Positions 63,817-64,000 of a stretch of 64,000 bases of DNA are shown one piece after another. The translations under genes were made by a program, and so were the position numbers. The notes beneath the pieces were generated by a model. The model worked only from the letters and a program-made list of their open reading frames with translations. It was not told where the DNA came from and did not search any database. Every line of letters begins with the position of its first letter. The stretch's first letter is position 1. This DNA comes from Stegostoma tigrinum (lineage: Eukaryota), in assembly GCF_030684315.1 (NCBI RefSeq), contig NC_081365.1, positions 39,702,985 to 39,766,984 of the forward strand, given 5' to 3'.

Positions 63817-64000
63817 GATAGTAGGAACTGCAGATGCTGGAGAATCTGAGATAACAAGGTGTAGAGCTGGATGAACACAGCAGGCCAAGCAGCATCAGAG
63901 GAGCAGGAAAGCTGATGTTTCGGGTCTAGATTCTTGTTTAGAAATGCAAGAGGGGAAGGGTATTCTGAAATAAATAGGGAGAGAGGGGGAGGCAGATAGA
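63817..64000 (-). mobile_element. PLE 3' terminus running off the window
   Basis: Tail plus terminus sequence; core decayed. Confidence 0.8.

Noticed and set aside
870-63900. Recurring gctggatgaacacagcaggccaagcagcatc as a CRISPR-like or regulatory repeat
   Set aside because: Dispersed, in both orientations, with TSDs and linked to PLE ORFs; these are retroelement termini in a eukaryotic genome.

Overview
Vertebrate genomic DNA; the HE1-like and Deu-type SINEs and shark-type CR1 LINEs point to a cartilaginous fish, probably a shark (inference). The one host gene is PTGFRN (CD9P-1/EWI-F) on the minus strand. Coding exons 1-6 are present (46383 down to 4753), all joined by phase-1 GT-AG introns, encoding a signal peptide and five V-type Ig domains. 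Intron 1 is about 30.7 kb, and the remaining exons lie beyond position 1. The rest is a dense mobile-element landscape: CR1 LINEs, a second LINE family, an L2 remnant, three SINE families, a decayed Ty3/Gypsy pol, a pogo/Tigger-like MITE, and about 14 Penelope-like element (PLE) insertions. Two observations stand out. (1) Most PLE termini carry a minimal hammerhead ribozyme core (CUGANGA-A-GGG..CCC-GAAACGUH), intact or decayed, and many insertions are tiny ORF-less palindromes of two back-to-back termini with 12-16 bp target-site duplications (TSDs). (2) A decayed LINE at ~39.9-43.6 kb appears to start with the same tRNA-like Pol III head and body as the most abundant SINE here and ends with the same tail, suggesting the SINE is an internal-deletion derivative of a tRNA-headed, ORF1-less LINE. 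Coordinates of degenerate repeats are approximate and all alignments were done by eye.
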